Shown here in pieces: positions 36,955 to 37,581 of a stretch of 37,581 bases of DNA; the first letter of the stretch is position 1, and the number at the start of each line of letters is the position of its first letter. This stretch comes from an uncultured Bacteroides sp. (lineage in GTDB: Bacteria > Bacteroidota > Bacteroidia > Bacteroidales > SM23-62), in NCBI GenBank assembly GCA_964642325.1, contig CAZXOJ010000003.1, positions 1 through 37,581 of the forward strand. Reading direction: 5' to 3'. The position numbers and the translations under genes are program-made. The notes beneath the pieces are model-generated. The model did not search any database, had not been told where the DNA came from, and saw nothing but the letters and a program-made list of their open reading frames with translations.

Positions 36955-37581
36955 AAAATTGCCGGTATTGCTCCTGCTCGCATGGCTGTCACATTTCACC
37001 GCCTTCGGCCAGGACCCTTACCTCCTTGGCATCGCCAGGCTGCATGAAGGATCATATGAACAGGCCAGGATTCATTTTGAGCAGGTACTGGCAACACAAA
37101 ACAATGACCCTGAGGGACTTTTAAAAATTGCTGAAACATATTACCTGACTGCAGATTACCAGAATGCTTTAGCCTACCTGGAAAAACTTGAAGTCCGGAA
37201 AGTAGATATGGGCTCCTACCTGATGGCCAGGACCCATGCAAAAATGGGGGATGCCGGGATGGCCACACTTTACCTCGAAAAACACCTCAGGTCCGAATAT
37301 AAACTCCCATCCAGTACCATCCTGCTTGATGAGGCATTTTCGTCCCTCGAGACCAGTAGGGAGTGGAAATCTCTCTGGAAAAATGACTGGTATTCAGAAA
37401 ATGAAATATTGTTCCAGGAGTTAGCCTACCTGACTGCATCGGAAGATTACCTGGATGCCCTGGAAATGATAGAACAGGCCCTTGGCGGGACGGCGGACCG
37501 GTCTTTATTGCTCAGTGCACGCGGAACAGTCTTCCACGAAATGGGTAATTACAATAATTCCATCCAGGCATATTCAGAAGC
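36929..37581 (+). CDS. TPR-like repeat protein with signal peptide (5' part only; runs off the window)
   Basis: This frame stays open from ~36900 to the window end and is absent from the ORF track because it has no stop. It encodes ...KNRKLPVLLLLAWLSHFTAFGQ then helical repeat-like YEQARIHFEQVL, YQNALAYLEKL, YLDALEMIEQAL, YNNSIQAY. The start is uncertain: ATG 36929 (26-nt overlap with the upstream gene), ATG 36911 or TTG 36959. Confidence 0.6.
   Translation, partial: MLLILWKNRKLPVLLLLAWLSHFTAFGQDPYLLGIARLHEGSYEQARIHFEQVLATQNNDPEGLLKIAETYYLTADYQNALAYLEKLEVRKVDMGSYLMARTHAKMGDAGMATLYLEKHLRSEYKLPSSTILLDEAFSSLETSREWKSLWKNDWYSENEILFQELAYLTASEDYLDALEMIEQALGGTADRSLLLSARGTVFHEMGNYNNSIQAYSE

Noticed and set aside
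36996-37424. ORFs 36996-37268 (-) and 37236-37424 (+)
   Set aside because: Both overlap the longer open frame encoding the signal-peptide/TPR-like protein that runs to the window end. Their translations are Pro/Gly/Ser-rich without motifs.
172-37581. Search for selenoprotein genes (adjacent same-frame ORFs split by an in-frame TGA, or CxxU-type thioredoxin-fold candidates)
   Set aside because: All the well-supported CDS are continuous. I saw no ORF pair that would join across a TGA, and the SelD catalytic codon is TGC. This cannot be excluded without a SECIS-aware scan.

Overview
This window looks like a densely packed chromosomal segment of a Bacteroidota genome. The evidence is a T9SS type-B (CHU_C-like) C-terminal sorting domain, repeated TAnnTTTG '-7' promoter boxes, almost no Shine-Dalgarno sequences, a HupE/DUF6702 pair, and PPDK plus PckA. 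I call about 26 CDS, partial at both window edges. I found no rRNA, tRNA, CRISPR array, IS element or long repeat. Most genes are housekeeping: uvrA, rsmE, prmA, tpiA, tmk, folP, cdaA, plsY, pckA, ppdK and xerD. Non-routine content: (1) At 172-2376 a NifS/IscS-like cysteine desulfurase/selenocysteine-lyase domain is fused in frame to a Cys-type selenophosphate synthetase (SelD). It is translationally coupled to an unidentified upstream gene, and no recognisable selenophosphate-consuming pathway lies in the window. (2) At 4122-11224 is a three-gene CAZyme operon: an S1 sulfatase::GH78 rhamnosidase fusion, a GH43+CBM6 enzyme, and a GH106-like enzyme. It sits 7 nt behind uvrA, has no SusC/D or regulator, and carries a G8/C8 tract near its 5' end. 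(3) An ECF-type sigma factor has a canonical AGGAGG SD and a TTG start, and is followed by a small acidic non-membrane ORF and a terminator. (4) A 1.5 k-aa orphan exported or anchored protein sits inside a housekeeping gene string. (5) A divergent hupE <-> DUF6702-like / T9SS adhesin / TPR unit has back-to-back -7 boxes. All family assignments come from motif recognition by eye. No searches were run.
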